Assembly: GCA_027491415.1 (NCBI GenBank)
Contig: JAOZFH010000028.1
Span: 1-64,000 of the forward strand
Length of the DNA stretch: 64,000 nucleotides
Reading direction: 5' to 3'
Origin: Thermoproteota archaeon
Lineage (GTDB): Archaea > Korarchaeota > Korarchaeia > Korarchaeales > Korarchaeaceae
The stretch's first letter is position 1, and each line of letters opens with the position of its first letter. Below the pieces are notes generated by a model that was given only the letters and a program-made list of their open reading frames with translations, made no database searches and was not told the DNA's origin. This document shows, in pieces, positions 9,168 through 19,053 of this stretch. The position numbers were made by a program, and so were the translations under genes.

Positions 9168-9782
9168 TCAGATTGGCTTCTTCGGCTCGAAGGGCTTCCA
9201 ACCCAGCTTCCTCCTGAACTCGTTGATCAGCTCTATCGCCTTCAGCTTCTCCTCCCTGCTCATCTTCTTCGACCTGAGCACGGCCAGGAAAAGGACCCTA
9301 GTCCTGGCGTTGATCGTCCTCCTGGAGACCCCGTGCTCCAGGTCCTCCTCCAGCTCCCTCAGTATGCCGGCGACCTCCTCTGCGCTGTCCAGCCCGGGCT
9401 TCCCGACGTCCTGGACCTCCCTTCCCAGGTAGAGGTGTCCCTTCTCCACGACCACGAACTTGCCTCCCTCGTAGGTGATCCTGCCCTTAACTACGCGGTC
9501 GTAGAACCTCCAGTTGTCCGCCCACTGTGGATCCCTCCTCTCGAGCTCCTCCAAGACCATGGACCTGATCTCCCTGGTGGTCGTCCCGTCGGTTACCCTC
9601 GACGCGACCTCCTCCGCGATCTCCCTGGCGGCCTCTGGCGTGGCGCCGGCCGCGACGCAGGACCGCTCGATCTTGGACGGGTCGAAGTCCTCCAGAGACC
9701 CGTCCATCTTCACGACCCTGATCCTCTTCTCCCCGCCAACCTTCTCCCCCTCGCCCGTCTCGCGGCACCCCCGGCCCCACAC
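9168..9782 (-). CDS. ATP-cone domain protein with uncharacterised C-terminal domain
   Basis: IRVVKMDGSLEDFDPSKIERSCVAAG...TTTREIRSMVLEEL is an ATP-cone signature. Confidence 0.8.
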   Translation of the reverse strand: MWGRGCRETGEGEKVGGEKRIRVVKMDGSLEDFDPSKIERSCVAAGATPEAAREIAEEVASRVTDGTTTREIRSMVLEELERRDPQWADNWRFYDRVVKGRITYEGGKFVVVEKGHLYLGREVQDVGKPGLDSAEEVAGILRELEEDLEHGVSRRTINARTRVLFLAVLRSKKMSREEKLKAIELINEFRRKLGWKPFEPKKPI

Positions 9783-10095
9783 TGGCGGAAGGGAAAAAGG
9801 TTCGCCCCCTCTCAGCCCGGTGGCGCTTTGGCCAGTCCCCGCCGCGCGGCCGGCCCCCAGGCGCCGGTCCCGCCTCCCGCGATGCGCGGCCGCCTCGACT
9901 TCATTCTCCGGTGGGGCGGGCCTCTCCCCGCTGTCTCAAAAGGGATCTCCGGGCGCGCCGCCGCAGACCGAACGCGTGAACTCTCCCAGAACCCCCCACC
10001 GCGGTTCCTCGCTCGGGAGGGACTGGGCAGCGGGCTGGGAAATCATCGCGCCCGCGGGTACCGTTGTAGGGCCCGCGCTCGAGGCGACCGCTGGG

Positions 10096-13000
10096 TCACT
10101 CGCACGGGAGGTTGAGCCTCTTGCACACCGCCCGCCTGTACAGTACGAGTCCCTCGGCCATCCGCCTGAGGGACGAGACCCTGGATCTTACCTCCTTGGC
10201 CCTCTCACGCGCCTCTTCTGCGCCTGCCCTGCACTCCTCTAGGCGAGCCTCACAGTCCGTCAGCCTGCGATCGAGATCCGCGAGCATCTCTAACTCCTGA
10301 TTGGCGGTCTCTAGTGCTGACTCGCAGTCCCCCGGGAGCTGGATGGAGCTGGGTAGGTGCAAGCCCTCTAGGCACTCAGCAAGGCCCTTCAGGCAGCCTC
10401 TGACCTCCTCAATACCTTCTCTGGCGGCCCCGATCTTTGCAGGATCTCCCTTCAATTTTTCGAGCTCTCTGGGGAACTCGTTGAAGGCCCTCAGGATCTT
10501 GTCCCAGTCTCTGAGGTCCACCCCCATCAGGAGGCGGCCTCCTCCCCACGTGTTGGGGTTAAGGATGGAGCTCATTATGGAGTAGATCCCGCCGACCGCC
10601 TTGACCAGGTCGGTTGGGACCGGCCCGCTCGCAAGCTCCTCTGCCAGGTACCCGGCGGAGGTTCCCAAGGAGCCGAGGAGCCTCCCCTCCCAGTCCCACA
10701 GCCCCCTGAACCTGGTTGGGTCTACGTCGGTCTTGGCCAGCTTGAGGACGCTCGAGACTCTCCTCAGCGCGCCCATGAAGCCTTTAAGGGCCCCCGCCCA
10801 ATCGTCCAGCGGGGCCTCGAGGGACTCCAGCTCCGATTCCAGCCCCCGGGCCGCGCGCTCGACATCCGACCTGCGGGCCCTCAGGCCGGTCCTGAGTCGA
10901 TCGACCCTGTCCAAGGCCTCCCTGAGCCTCAGCTCGCAGTCCCTCCTCCTCTGCCTCCTCCCCTCCATCTCCTCCTCGCAATCTCTTATCCTCCCCTCAA
11001 TCCTCCTCTTCTCCTCCAGGAGTCTAGCCATCTCCCTGTGGGCGTCCACGGTCTCTCGAATGGCCTCCCTTCGAGCGTCCAACTCGCTCAGACTCCTCTC
11101 GAGTTCGGCGATCCTGGCCCTCTTCCCCGCCAGCTCTTGGTCGATCTCGCCGATTCTCGACTCCGCAGAGGCAATCTTCCCCCTCAGGTCCTCCCTCTCC
11201 GATATCTCCTCGGAATGCCGTCTCTCAAACTCTCTAAGCCTCTCCTCAGCCCTCTCAAGGCGGCTCCTAGCCCTGTCGAGCGCTCTGCGCCTGTGCCTGG
11301 TGGCCCCGCCCTCGAGCAGCTTACGCTCCCTCTCCCGGACCCTGCCCTCTATCAGCCGCTCGTGCTCCCTCAACCTCTCTCTCGCCCTTGCAAGCCTCTC
11401 CCTGGCCCTCTCCACGGCCCTCACCCTAGATCCGCTCCTCGGGTTCTCCGCGAGCCTCTCCTCTGCCCTGCGGAGCCTCTCCTCTGCCCTGTTGACGGAC
11501 CGCTCCATGCCCCGGTGCCTGTACCCCCTGCGTAGGCGCTCGGAGAACCTTCTCACGCTCTCTCTGAGGTCTCTCAGACCCTCCTCAAGCCTCTCCTCGG
11601 CCTCCTCAACGCCCTGAGCGGCCAGGTCCCTCTGCCTGCGGAGTGGCTCAAGCCGGCGGAGCCTCCTGTCAATAGCCTCCAGCCTCTCCCTTGCCCTCTC
11701 CGCGCTCCCCTCCAGCTCCCTCCGCTCGGCCTCCAGCGAGCCTATCTCCTCCCGAAGCCTCCGGATCTGCTCATCGATCGACCTCCTCTGGGCGTCCACC
11801 TCCCCGCGGAGCCTACCCTCCACCTCGTCCGTGCTGGATACCCCCCTGAGCCCCTCGGGGACGCGGTGTGAGGCCTCCCTCAGGCGCTCCTCCACCCTCT
11901 CAAGGTCCCTCCTAACGCCGTCTATCCCCTCGCAGGGGTCGGCAGGCGCGGCGGGAATGGGAGGAACTGGGCGGAGCCTGCGCCTCGCCGTCGCCACCGC
12001 GACGGCCGCGCCCAGGGCCGCGATTCCGGCTATGGTCAGATGCCTGGCATCCTTCCAGCCCCCGCCGACCTCGGGCTCGGGGGTCGACTGCGTCGCGCCT
12101 CCGGCTGGAGGGACTGGGCTGGAGACCCTCAGCTCCAGGGATGCCCGGTTGTTGTACTCGTTTGACTCACTCACCTCGTCGTCTGGGTCGACCGTGGCCG
12201 AGATCGTGAGGACCCCCTCAACGGCGGGCCTGTACGTGAGCGTCACCTCTCCGGAGGAGCCCCCCTCAACCATCAGGTCGTCTGAGAATATCGGGGCGCG
12301 CGAGACGCCGTCGCTCACGCTCACCCTCACGGCGCCGTCGAGGAGCCCAGAAGACTCAAGGACCCTCAGGGAGATCAGCACCTCACCCCCCCGCGAGACC
12401 TCGAGCGGGGTCGCGTTCAGGGCCACCGTCAGGTCTGGGAGCGGGCCCTCCACGTCGACTGAGTATCTCCCCAGCTCGATTCGCTCGCTGGTCCTCGGGT
12501 CGAGCAGCGATATCTCAATTACCCACTCGCCCGGCGTCTCCAAGGACTCCGTGAACTCCATGAGTCCCGCGGGGTCGACTGCCCCCTCGTGAACCGATAC
12601 CCTCGCGCTCCCCCTCGGCCCCCTCAGCGTCACTTCCAAGTCGGCTGGCTCGCCCGGGGCGGGAGTCACCGACCCCCTCACGGCCAGGTCGTCTCCAAGC
12701 GGGAGCGAGGGTGGGAGGCTCACATCGACGAGTTTGAACGTTTCCAGGGGCAGGAACTCAACGGCGAGCTCTGCGAACCAGGCCGCGCCTCCAGCCGCGG
12801 CCGAGACCTCAATTACGCACTCTCCAGCCAGGTCTGCCGTGGCAGACAGCTCGACGTTGAAGGGAGGGACCCCCGTCACCGTGTCGGGGGTCACGTCGGC
12901 GCAGGGAGAGCTGACGAGGAGGCTGGCGAACTCGGGGGGAGGTCCCACGGGCTCGACCGACGCTCTGAGCGTTGTGGCCTCTCCGACCCTCGGTTGGGGA

Positions 13001-13401
13001 CCCACTTGGGATAGGGTCACGTTCAGCTCCCCGATATCGACAGGCACGGCTGCCCGCGAGCACGTCTCCCCCGCGCAGGCCAGGACGACCACCTCATACT
13101 CCCCGACCGGAGCGTCACCCGCCGCGGAGACGGTGAGGTTCGCGCTGGCGCTGGCCCCCGGGGTCAGCCACACGGCCTCGGGGCTGAGACCGCAGGAGAT
13201 GAACCTCGGGGCCTCTACGGTCAGGATAACCTCTCCGACGAGATCTTCGGTTCCAGTTACCAAAATCTCCGCCCAGCCCGACCCACCAGGAGGGAGCCAG
13301 AGGCGACCCGAAGCGGCCCGACTCGACCCGACACTGAGGGCGAGGGTCGATGCCGCAACTATCAGGAAAATGGCAATCAGCTTTCCGGGGGATATGGTCA
13401 A
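10096..13401 (-). CDS. Large single-pass membrane protein: signal peptide, Ig-like repeats, CARDB, TM, long coiled coils
   Basis: N-terminal signal. LPDLTV...ATVDPDDEVSESNEYNN is CARDB-like. TM LTIAGIAALGAAVAVATARRR is followed by about 600 aa of E/R/L heptad-rich sequence. Confidence 0.85.
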   Translation of the reverse strand: MTISPGKLIAIFLIVAASTLALSVGSSRAASGRLWLPPGGSGWAEILVTGTEDLVGEVILTVEAPRFISCGLSPEAVWLTPGASASANLTVSAAGDAPVGEYEVVVLACAGETCSRAAVPVDIGELNVTLSQVGPQPRVGEATTLRASVEPVGPPPEFASLLVSSPCADVTPDTVTGVPPFNVELSATADLAGECVIEVSAAAGGAAWFAELAVEFLPLETFKLVDVSLPPSLPLGDDLAVRGSVTPAPGEPADLEVTLRGPRGSARVSVHEGAVDPAGLMEFTESLETPGEWVIEISLLDPRTSERIELGRYSVDVEGPLPDLTVALNATPLEVSRGGEVLISLRVLESSGLLDGAVRVSVSDGVSRAPIFSDDLMVEGGSSGEVTLTYRPAVEGVLTISATVDPDDEVSESNEYNNRASLELRVSSPVPPAGGATQSTPEPEVGGGWKDARHLTIAGIAALGAAVAVATARRRLRPVPPIPAAPADPCEGIDGVRRDLERVEERLREASHRVPEGLRGVSSTDEVEGRLRGEVDAQRRSIDEQIRRLREEIGSLEAERRELEGSAERARERLEAIDRRLRRLEPLRRQRDLAAQGVEEAEERLEEGLRDLRESVRRFSERLRRGYRHRGMERSVNRAEERLRRAEERLAENPRSGSRVRAVERARERLARARERLREHERLIEGRVRERERKLLEGGATRHRRRALDRARSRLERAEERLREFERRHSEEISEREDLRGKIASAESRIGEIDQELAGKRARIAELERSLSELDARREAIRETVDAHREMARLLEEKRRIEGRIRDCEEEMEGRRQRRRDCELRLREALDRVDRLRTGLRARRSDVERAARGLESELESLEAPLDDWAGALKGFMGALRRVSSVLKLAKTDVDPTRFRGLWDWEGRLLGSLGTSAGYLAEELASGPVPTDLVKAVGGIYSIMSSILNPNTWGGGRLLMGVDLRDWDKILRAFNEFPRELEKLKGDPAKIGAAREGIEEVRGCLKGLAECLEGLHLPSSIQLPGDCESALETANQELEMLADLDRRLTDCEARLEECRAGAEEARERAKEVRSRVSSLRRMAEGLVLYRRAVCKRLNLPCE

Positions 13402-13613
13402 GACGAGAACCTCTCCATCGGAGGTAACATTAAAGAGAGAGAATATAAATGAATGAGTCGCGCCTGAGCCGCTCGGGCGAGCAGAGCCTCAGCTTCCGAT
13501 GACCAATTTCCCGGGAGGAGATTCCCTCACCCCATTGCCGAGATCCGATCGGAGATTCCGGCCAGGAGCCGACCTCCCGGCGGGGACCCGAACCTGCTGT
13601 GGGCGACCGCGCG

Positions 13614-13654
13614 ACGAGGCGCTACGAAATAGCCGTTCGAGGACTGGCGCTCGG
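13614..13654 (+). repeat. 41-bp direct repeat, copy 1 (intergenic)
   Basis: ACGAGGCGCTACGAAATAGCCGTTCGAGGACTGGCGCTCGG is identical to 14425-14465. Confidence 0.9.
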
Positions 13655-13687
13655 AGGGCCTCCAGCCCAGCTTCTATCTGGACTCAT

Positions 13688-14161
13688 TCATGGCCTCGAG
13701 CGCGAGCTGGCCCTCAGGTACTCCCTCCAGTCCAACTGAATCAGGGCCACCCTATTCCCGCCCGGATCCTCTACGACGGCCACTCTGGCCCCCCACCTGA
13801 CGTTCTTGGGGCTCTGAACGACCTTAACTCCCGCCTCGGCCAGCTCCCTGTAGAGGGAGTCGACATCGTCCACTAGGAATTCCAGCTGAGGCTCCCCGGC
13901 CCTCGGGCGGCCCACCCCTCCCCAGGACTTCACGCCAACCTCCACTCCGCAGCAGTCGAATCCGATGTAGTCAGCGAACCGGTACTTGAGTTGGAGCCCG
14001 AGCAGCCGCCCGTAGAAGTCAACGGCGCGGTCGAGGTCGGAGACAGTGAGCGTGATCCCCCACACCCTCCTGACCTTGGGCACACCCCGAGTCCCCAGGG
14101 AGAGGTATAAGACGCTACGTCGCACTGGCCAGTCCAGCCCCGTCCCATTCAGTACGCCCAT
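13688..14161 (-). CDS. VOC/glyoxalase-family protein
   Basis: ITLTVSDLDRAVDFY..LLG, FLVDDVD and WG.RVA..EDPGGNR motifs. The true start is probably near 14083. Confidence 0.9.
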   Translation of the reverse strand: MGVLNGTGLDWPVRRSVLYLSLGTRGVPKVRRVWGITLTVSDLDRAVDFYGRLLGLQLKYRFADYIGFDCCGVEVGVKSWGGVGRPRAGEPQLEFLVDDVDSLYRELAEAGVKVVQSPKNVRWGARVAVVEDPGGNRVALIQLDWREYLRASSRSRP

Positions 14162-14370
14162 CCCGGGTCCCAGGCGGAAAGGGCTACCCCCGATCGCGCT
14201 GATACGTCGTAGAGGGCTCAGTTCCCTCCATGTGGACTGAACGGGGAGGGGGGAAGTAAAGAGGAGGCCCCTCGAAGGACGGGCTCAGCCCCGGCGGCGT
14301 GACCAAATCCGAACCGCGAGATTTGGGCATCGAACCGATTCGTTAATACGGGTTCTCGGACGGCTCTGAG

Positions 14371-14907
14371 ATGTCCGCCCGGGCCCCAGGCGGGGCGACC
14401 AGAATTCTGGCGCTCGTTGATGTAACGAGGCGCTACGAAATAGCCGTTCGAGGACTGGCGCTCGGGCGGCTCAGGAGGTCGCAGGTCTTGGTTCTCACCA
14501 GGAGGGGCAGCCCGATTGCCAGGGAGTTCAGGAGAGTCAGGGGGGAGAGGGCCGAGGAAGACGAGGGGGGCATAGCCTTGGCCTACCTGGTCTCTGGGAC
14601 CCCCCACCCGAGGGCCGTGGGGGAGTGGGAGTTCGAGCTCTCCCCCTCCCCTCCCCAGATACTGGGGGTCGTGTCCGCGGCCGTCGAGTCGTGGCCGAGG
14701 GGCGTCACAGTCCTCCTAGACAGCCTGACGGACCTCTGCACCCTCAACGGCGTGGACGACACCATAGAACTGGCGAGGAATCTGGTCAAGGTCCTGCGTG
14801 AAGTCGACTCGCTCATCCTGCTCATGGTCGGCAGGGTGCACCCTCCCCGGGTGGTCCGGTCCTTCGCTAGGGAACTGGGCGCCGAGCGGGTGCTGGAGCT
14901 GCCTTGA
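14371..14907 (+). CDS. DUF835-like (inactive RecA/KaiC-fold) protein
   Basis: LVLTR...VLLDSLTDLCTLNG pattern typical of DUF835. Confidence 0.6.
   Translation: MSARAPGGATRILALVDVTRRYEIAVRGLALGRLRRSQVLVLTRRGSPIAREFRRVRGERAEEDEGGIALAYLVSGTPHPRAVGEWEFELSPSPPQILGVVSAAVESWPRGVTVLLDSLTDLCTLNGVDDTIELARNLVKVLREVDSLILLMVGRVHPPRVVRSFARELGAERVLELP
14425..14465 (+). repeat. 41-bp direct repeat, copy 2 (inside DUF835-like gene)
   Basis: Identical to 13614-13654. Encodes TRRYEIAVRGLALG. Confidence 0.9.
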
Positions 14908-15156
14908 GGGGTGTCGTGAAAGGCCGATTTCACGCCATCATGTCCCGGCCCCCGGAGGTCCCGACGGGCATCAGGCCCACGCGGAATTCCCTCATTTTCC
15001 AATATTCCGAGTTGCGCTACAGAGGAAGACTTTAGGCCCCTCACGAGTATCTTCTACCCCCTGAAGCATCTTGAAGAGACAACTCCACCCGGGCCATAGC
15101 CGAACCGGCGATGGTCGGATCTCCCTTTTATCATATTCCGCTTAGAGAGTCACGAA

Positions 15157-16263
15157 TTGCCCTCTGACGGGCGAGCCCCACTTAAGGACAGAATAATCAG
15201 GCTCCTCAAGTCTAGGGGCTACCGCGTCCGCACCGACGTGACCATGGAGGGCAGGTCAGGACGCGCACACACGATCCACGCCTACGCAGAGTACAGGGCG
15301 CCCCTCCACACCTCCCGGATTGCGGTCATGTGCCTCGACAAGAGGGAGCCGGTTGGTGCCGACGAGGTCTATGAGTTTATCCAGATCCTGGACGACTTGG
15401 AGCTAGACAAGGGCGTGCTCGCCACCACGTCTTGGTTCACGCCCGAGGCTATGGAGGTCGCAGGAAGGAGGGTCCTGCTCTGGGACGGCCCAAAGGTGGA
15501 GGAGCTCACCAGGGATCTGCCGAGGGCGGGGGTATACCCTCACGAGTTGAGGATCTACCACCTACTCCCGAGGCTCAAGCTCACGAGGGCCGTGGAGAGA
15601 ATCCAGGGCCTCCTCAAGAGGCCCTTGGTGGGCAAGAAGGAGAAGCTGGCTTCGAGGGTGGCGCTGATTTACCTCCCGGTCTACGAGTTCACGGTAAGGT
15701 CGCTCGAGGGAGGGGTCGAGGGTTTCGCGGCGGTTGACGCCCTGACCGGTGATCTCCTGATCTTCAGGGAGAGGGAGGTCCAGAGGCTCGTCCTGCCCGA
15801 GGACCTGACGGACACTGAGCTGACGGTCCTCTCTGGGCTCAGGGCTGGTCCGGCCCTCATTGAGGATCTGGCGGCCTCGTTGGGGCTCGACTTCGATACC
15901 GTGGACGCGACCGTCAGAACGCTGGCTGGCAGAAAGCTCGTGGACGACTCGGAGGTCGAGAGGGTGTCCCTGGGGTTCAGCCCCCCGAAGGTGGACGGGT
16001 CGGTCTCCCTCCTTAGGGTGGGGGTGAAGAGGGGCAGGCCCAAGGAGAGACTCTTGGAGCCCAAGATGTCCGTGGGCGAGGCGGCCCTGAGGCTAGAGAT
16101 GCTCCTGGGAGTCGAGGCGACCGGGCCCAGAATGATCTTCCTCCCAAACTACTACGCCATGGCCGAGCGCGACGGCGCCAGAAGGGTCGTGGCCGTGGAC
16201 GGGATCTTCGGTAGGGAGGCGCAGAGAGCGGAGGAAGTAATTCAGCGCCTCATCAGCTCCTAA
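15157..16263 (+). CDS. Mrr-like restriction-endonuclease-fold protein with internal wHTH
   Basis: GYRV...GRSG..H.I, VG..EV..F...KGVLATTSWFTPEA...LWDG and a later helix-turn-helix (IEDLAASLGLD...VRTLAGRKLV). Confidence 0.75.
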   Translation: MPSDGRAPLKDRIIRLLKSRGYRVRTDVTMEGRSGRAHTIHAYAEYRAPLHTSRIAVMCLDKREPVGADEVYEFIQILDDLELDKGVLATTSWFTPEAMEVAGRRVLLWDGPKVEELTRDLPRAGVYPHELRIYHLLPRLKLTRAVERIQGLLKRPLVGKKEKLASRVALIYLPVYEFTVRSLEGGVEGFAAVDALTGDLLIFREREVQRLVLPEDLTDTELTVLSGLRAGPALIEDLAASLGLDFDTVDATVRTLAGRKLVDDSEVERVSLGFSPPKVDGSVSLLRVGVKRGRPKERLLEPKMSVGEAALRLEMLLGVEATGPRMIFLPNYYAMAERDGARRVVAVDGIFGREAQRAEEVIQRLISS

Positions 16264-16308
16264 GGGAGTCAGCGGGAGACGGCATCTGCTGCGCCGCGGC
16301 GGCCCGGC

Positions 16309-16872
16309 TCAGGCGAGCCAGAGCGCTGCATACGCTGCCGGGGTGAGGACCAGCGCCGCCAGCGCGCCTATCAGCACCTGAGAGGGGCTGTGGGCGCCCA
16401 TCCTCAGCCTGACCCACCCGACCGCTGGGGCCGCCGCGAGCACCGCCGCGCCGACCCAGTCACCCAGCAGGAGAAGGGTGAGCCCCGGCCCCACGACGCC
16501 CGCGACGTGTATGCTCCCCTTCGTGTGAAGCTCGTTTACGAGGGTCATCCCCGAAGTCACGAGGGCGTAGGCCAGGAAGGCGAACTCGACCTCCCTCACA
16601 CCAAGATGTTGGAAGTAGAGGAATCCCGCCGCGTAGCTCGCGACCGCGAGGATCAGAAGGGGCGTCCTCGTCGCGCGGTCGCTGACGAATATGTCGGCCA
16701 CCCCCGAGCGGGCCAAGGCGAGGACCGGAACGACCGGACCCAGCACTAGGAATGCGAAAGCTGCGGCGACCTCTGTAGGTGGGAGTTCGAGTCTAAGAGA
16801 GAGCGCCGCCACCACGATCGCGGAGAAGGTGATGGGTGATAGCGCCAGGGAGACGGCCTCGTCCCAGGTCAT
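16309..16872 (-). CDS. PAP2-like integral membrane protein
   Basis: Multiple TM helices with KGSIH and RLRMGAHSPSQV motifs. Confidence 0.75.
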   Translation of the reverse strand: MTWDEAVSLALSPITFSAIVVAALSLRLELPPTEVAAAFAFLVLGPVVPVLALARSGVADIFVSDRATRTPLLILAVASYAAGFLYFQHLGVREVEFAFLAYALVTSGMTLVNELHTKGSIHVAGVVGPGLTLLLLGDWVGAAVLAAAPAVGWVRLRMGAHSPSQVLIGALAALVLTPAAYAALWLA

Positions 16873-16920
16873 CGCGAGCCTGCCTCGCGGCTTGCAAATA
16901 TGCTTTCGGCCCTAGAGGGC

Positions 16921-17491
16921 TCAATCTGCGTCTGGCTCCTCCCTCATGGCCTCAATGGCGGAGGCGACGGCCTCGTCTATACCCGGGGCTTCGCTCACGA
17001 GCCTCACGTCTGAGGATCCGAGGCCCTCCTCTATTCCGACGCAGTTCGCGTGGAGGGTCTTGGTGAACAGCCCATTCCTCCCCCCGAGGCCCCTCGACTC
17101 CAGCGACCCCTCGACTATCCTCAAGACCATGCCGGCCGGGTCTTTAGACTTGGCGCCGACGAGGGACTCAACCAGGTCGTCGACCCAAGTCGGACCGGAC
17201 CCCACCAACGCGTGAACGACCCCCTCCAGGCCGGTGAGCTGCGTGGGTCCTCTGTACTCGACGGAGTAATCTTGCCTCCTGCTCAGGCCCAGAAAGACCT
17301 TCCTCTCCCTCCTCACGAGCCGAGTCGACTCATCCGCCAACAACCCCGCCGGCGCGGCGAGGATCGCCGTCGCTCCAGACCCTCTTCGAGACCTTAGCCT
17401 TGGAGCATGGAGCTCTCAAGCCGAAGAGCTTCGCTCCCTTGGAGAACCCCTCGGAGCGCACGTAGACAACCTCGCTGAGATTGATCCTCAA
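16921..17491 (-). pseudogene. Probably frameshifted hypothetical gene
   Basis: TTG at 17491 (TATA about 30 nt upstream) reads MRINLSEVVYVRSEGFSKGAKLFGLRAPCSKAKVSKR. It shifts frame near 17380 into ATAILAAPAGLLADESTR..., which is the 16921-17343 ORF. Confidence 0.5.
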
Positions 17492-17580
17492 TAAGGCAAC
17501 TCCGACCCAGGCCCGCCCTCTAGATATAAAGCACAGAACCTTTTTCCAGAGGTCACGGCCGTTAGTTTAGGGCGGCAGGG

Positions 17581-18999
17581 TTGGCGGCCGATCCCCTGAC
17601 CCACTACTCCCGCGAGGATGTCTCGACGGAGATCGCTGATTACGCGCGTTCCAGGTGGGTGGCGGTCGAGGGCGGAGCCAGGGGCGGCAGGAGGACGTTC
17701 TTCAGGTACAGGGGCGATGAGCCCCTCGCCATAGGCTCTCCCGATGACGTCCCGGCCGTCATAAGGAGGTTCGCCTTCGCCAGGCCCAGGGCCGTCTACG
17801 CTACGGCCAACCTCTACTCTCGGCTGGCCTCCCGGTTTGATGTGGACAAGCCCGAAAACGTCTCGGCGACCACGGCAGTCTGGGACATAGACAACGAGCT
17901 CGAGGGCTGGAAGCAGACCCTCGAGGCCGCCAGGCTGATAGTCGAGGAGCTCGAGCGGGCCGGCGTCGTGAAGTCGGTCTACCTCAAGTGGTCCGGCAGG
18001 GGCTGCCACGTCCACCTCCACGAGGGGGCTTTCTCGCCGGAGCTGAGGTCGGAGCACCACCCGCTCGACCTGGCCTACGCGGTGGTGGAGTACGTGATCA
18101 GGAGGATAGAGGACCGCGTGGCCGAGCTGGCCAGCGAGGCGCCTCGGGGTCGACGGGTTCTGGCCGTGGAGAACGACATGGACATGAAGAGGGTCTTCAC
18201 GGTCCCGCTCTCGCTCCACAGGGAGCTCGACGTCGTCGCGGTCTGCTTCAGGCCCGACGAGATCGACGACTTCGACCTTGACTGGCTGAGGCCCGACGGG
18301 TTCAGGCACAACCCAGGCTGGCGGGAGCACGTGGTGGGCGAGGCCGACGCGCGGGCCAGGCGCGCGCGGGGGGTGGTGGGAGGGTACTTCACCGCAAAGG
18401 CCTCTGGCGAGGTCAGGACCAGGGTGGGCGCCCCGCTCGCCAGGACCCCGGCCAGGAGGCCGAGCGCCCCATCGACCGGGACGAGGGCCAGGAAGATCGG
18501 CAGGTTCCAGGTCATGGGGCTCCTCCAGGCGGCCAGGTACTACCTCCTCAGGGGGGACCTGGAGAGGGCCAAGTCCTTCGGCCTGAACAGGGCGATATTC
18601 TACGCCTGGGCGAAGAGGACCGGCGGCAGGGTGCGGAGGTCCAGGCCGACGTCGCCCAGGCAGAGGACCCTGCTGGAGGCGGAGGAGGCCGAGAGACCCA
18701 GGTTCGAGGCCCTGGGGGACGAGGTGGCCTACCTCTCCGAGGACGGCTACTTCGAGATAGGGGACCAGGTCCAGAGGCCGGAGGACTACGACAGGCAGAT
18801 CGCCTCCAAGATAGCCCGGGCGGTCCCCTACGAGGAGGCCTGGAGGGCCGCGCTGAACTACCTGTCCACCTTTCCGCGCGAGGTCCTGCTGAGCCAGAGG
18901 GAGTTCTTCGAGAAGGCCTACAAGCCCGTGAGGGACCGCTTCCACGAGGTCCTGGAGAGGTACTCCTCCAAGCGGCCGGGTGGCCTGGAAGAGGCATGA
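17581..18999 (+). CDS. Archaeo-eukaryotic primase (AEP/PriS-like) domain fused to an uncharacterised C-terminal domain
   Basis: AEP motifs WDIDN, KWSGRGCHVH and DMKRVFTVPLSLH. A linker leads to the GRFQVMGLLQAARYY...GLNRAIFYAWAK domain. Confidence 0.8.
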   Translation: MAADPLTHYSREDVSTEIADYARSRWVAVEGGARGGRRTFFRYRGDEPLAIGSPDDVPAVIRRFAFARPRAVYATANLYSRLASRFDVDKPENVSATTAVWDIDNELEGWKQTLEAARLIVEELERAGVVKSVYLKWSGRGCHVHLHEGAFSPELRSEHHPLDLAYAVVEYVIRRIEDRVAELASEAPRGRRVLAVENDMDMKRVFTVPLSLHRELDVVAVCFRPDEIDDFDLDWLRPDGFRHNPGWREHVVGEADARARRARGVVGGYFTAKASGEVRTRVGAPLARTPARRPSAPSTGTRARKIGRFQVMGLLQAARYYLLRGDLERAKSFGLNRAIFYAWAKRTGGRVRRSRPTSPRQRTLLEAEEAERPRFEALGDEVAYLSEDGYFEIGDQVQRPEDYDRQIASKIARAVPYEEAWRAALNYLSTFPREVLLSQREFFEKAYKPVRDRFHEVLERYSSKRPGGLEEA

Positions 19000-19053
19000 C
19001 CGCCGCCGGAGGGGGGAGAAGGCATAAGTACCCCCTCGCCCTCGGTCGAAGCG

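Noticed and set aside
9790-10090. Very GC-rich intergenic stretch as SRP or RNase P RNA
   Set aside because: I could not find the SRP helix 8 or RNase P GAGGAAAGUCC motifs. An Infernal/Rfam search would settle it.
10960-11935. SMC/Rad50 call for the coiled-coil protein
   Set aside because: No Walker A/B, signature motif or hinge/hook. It has a signal peptide and a TM instead.
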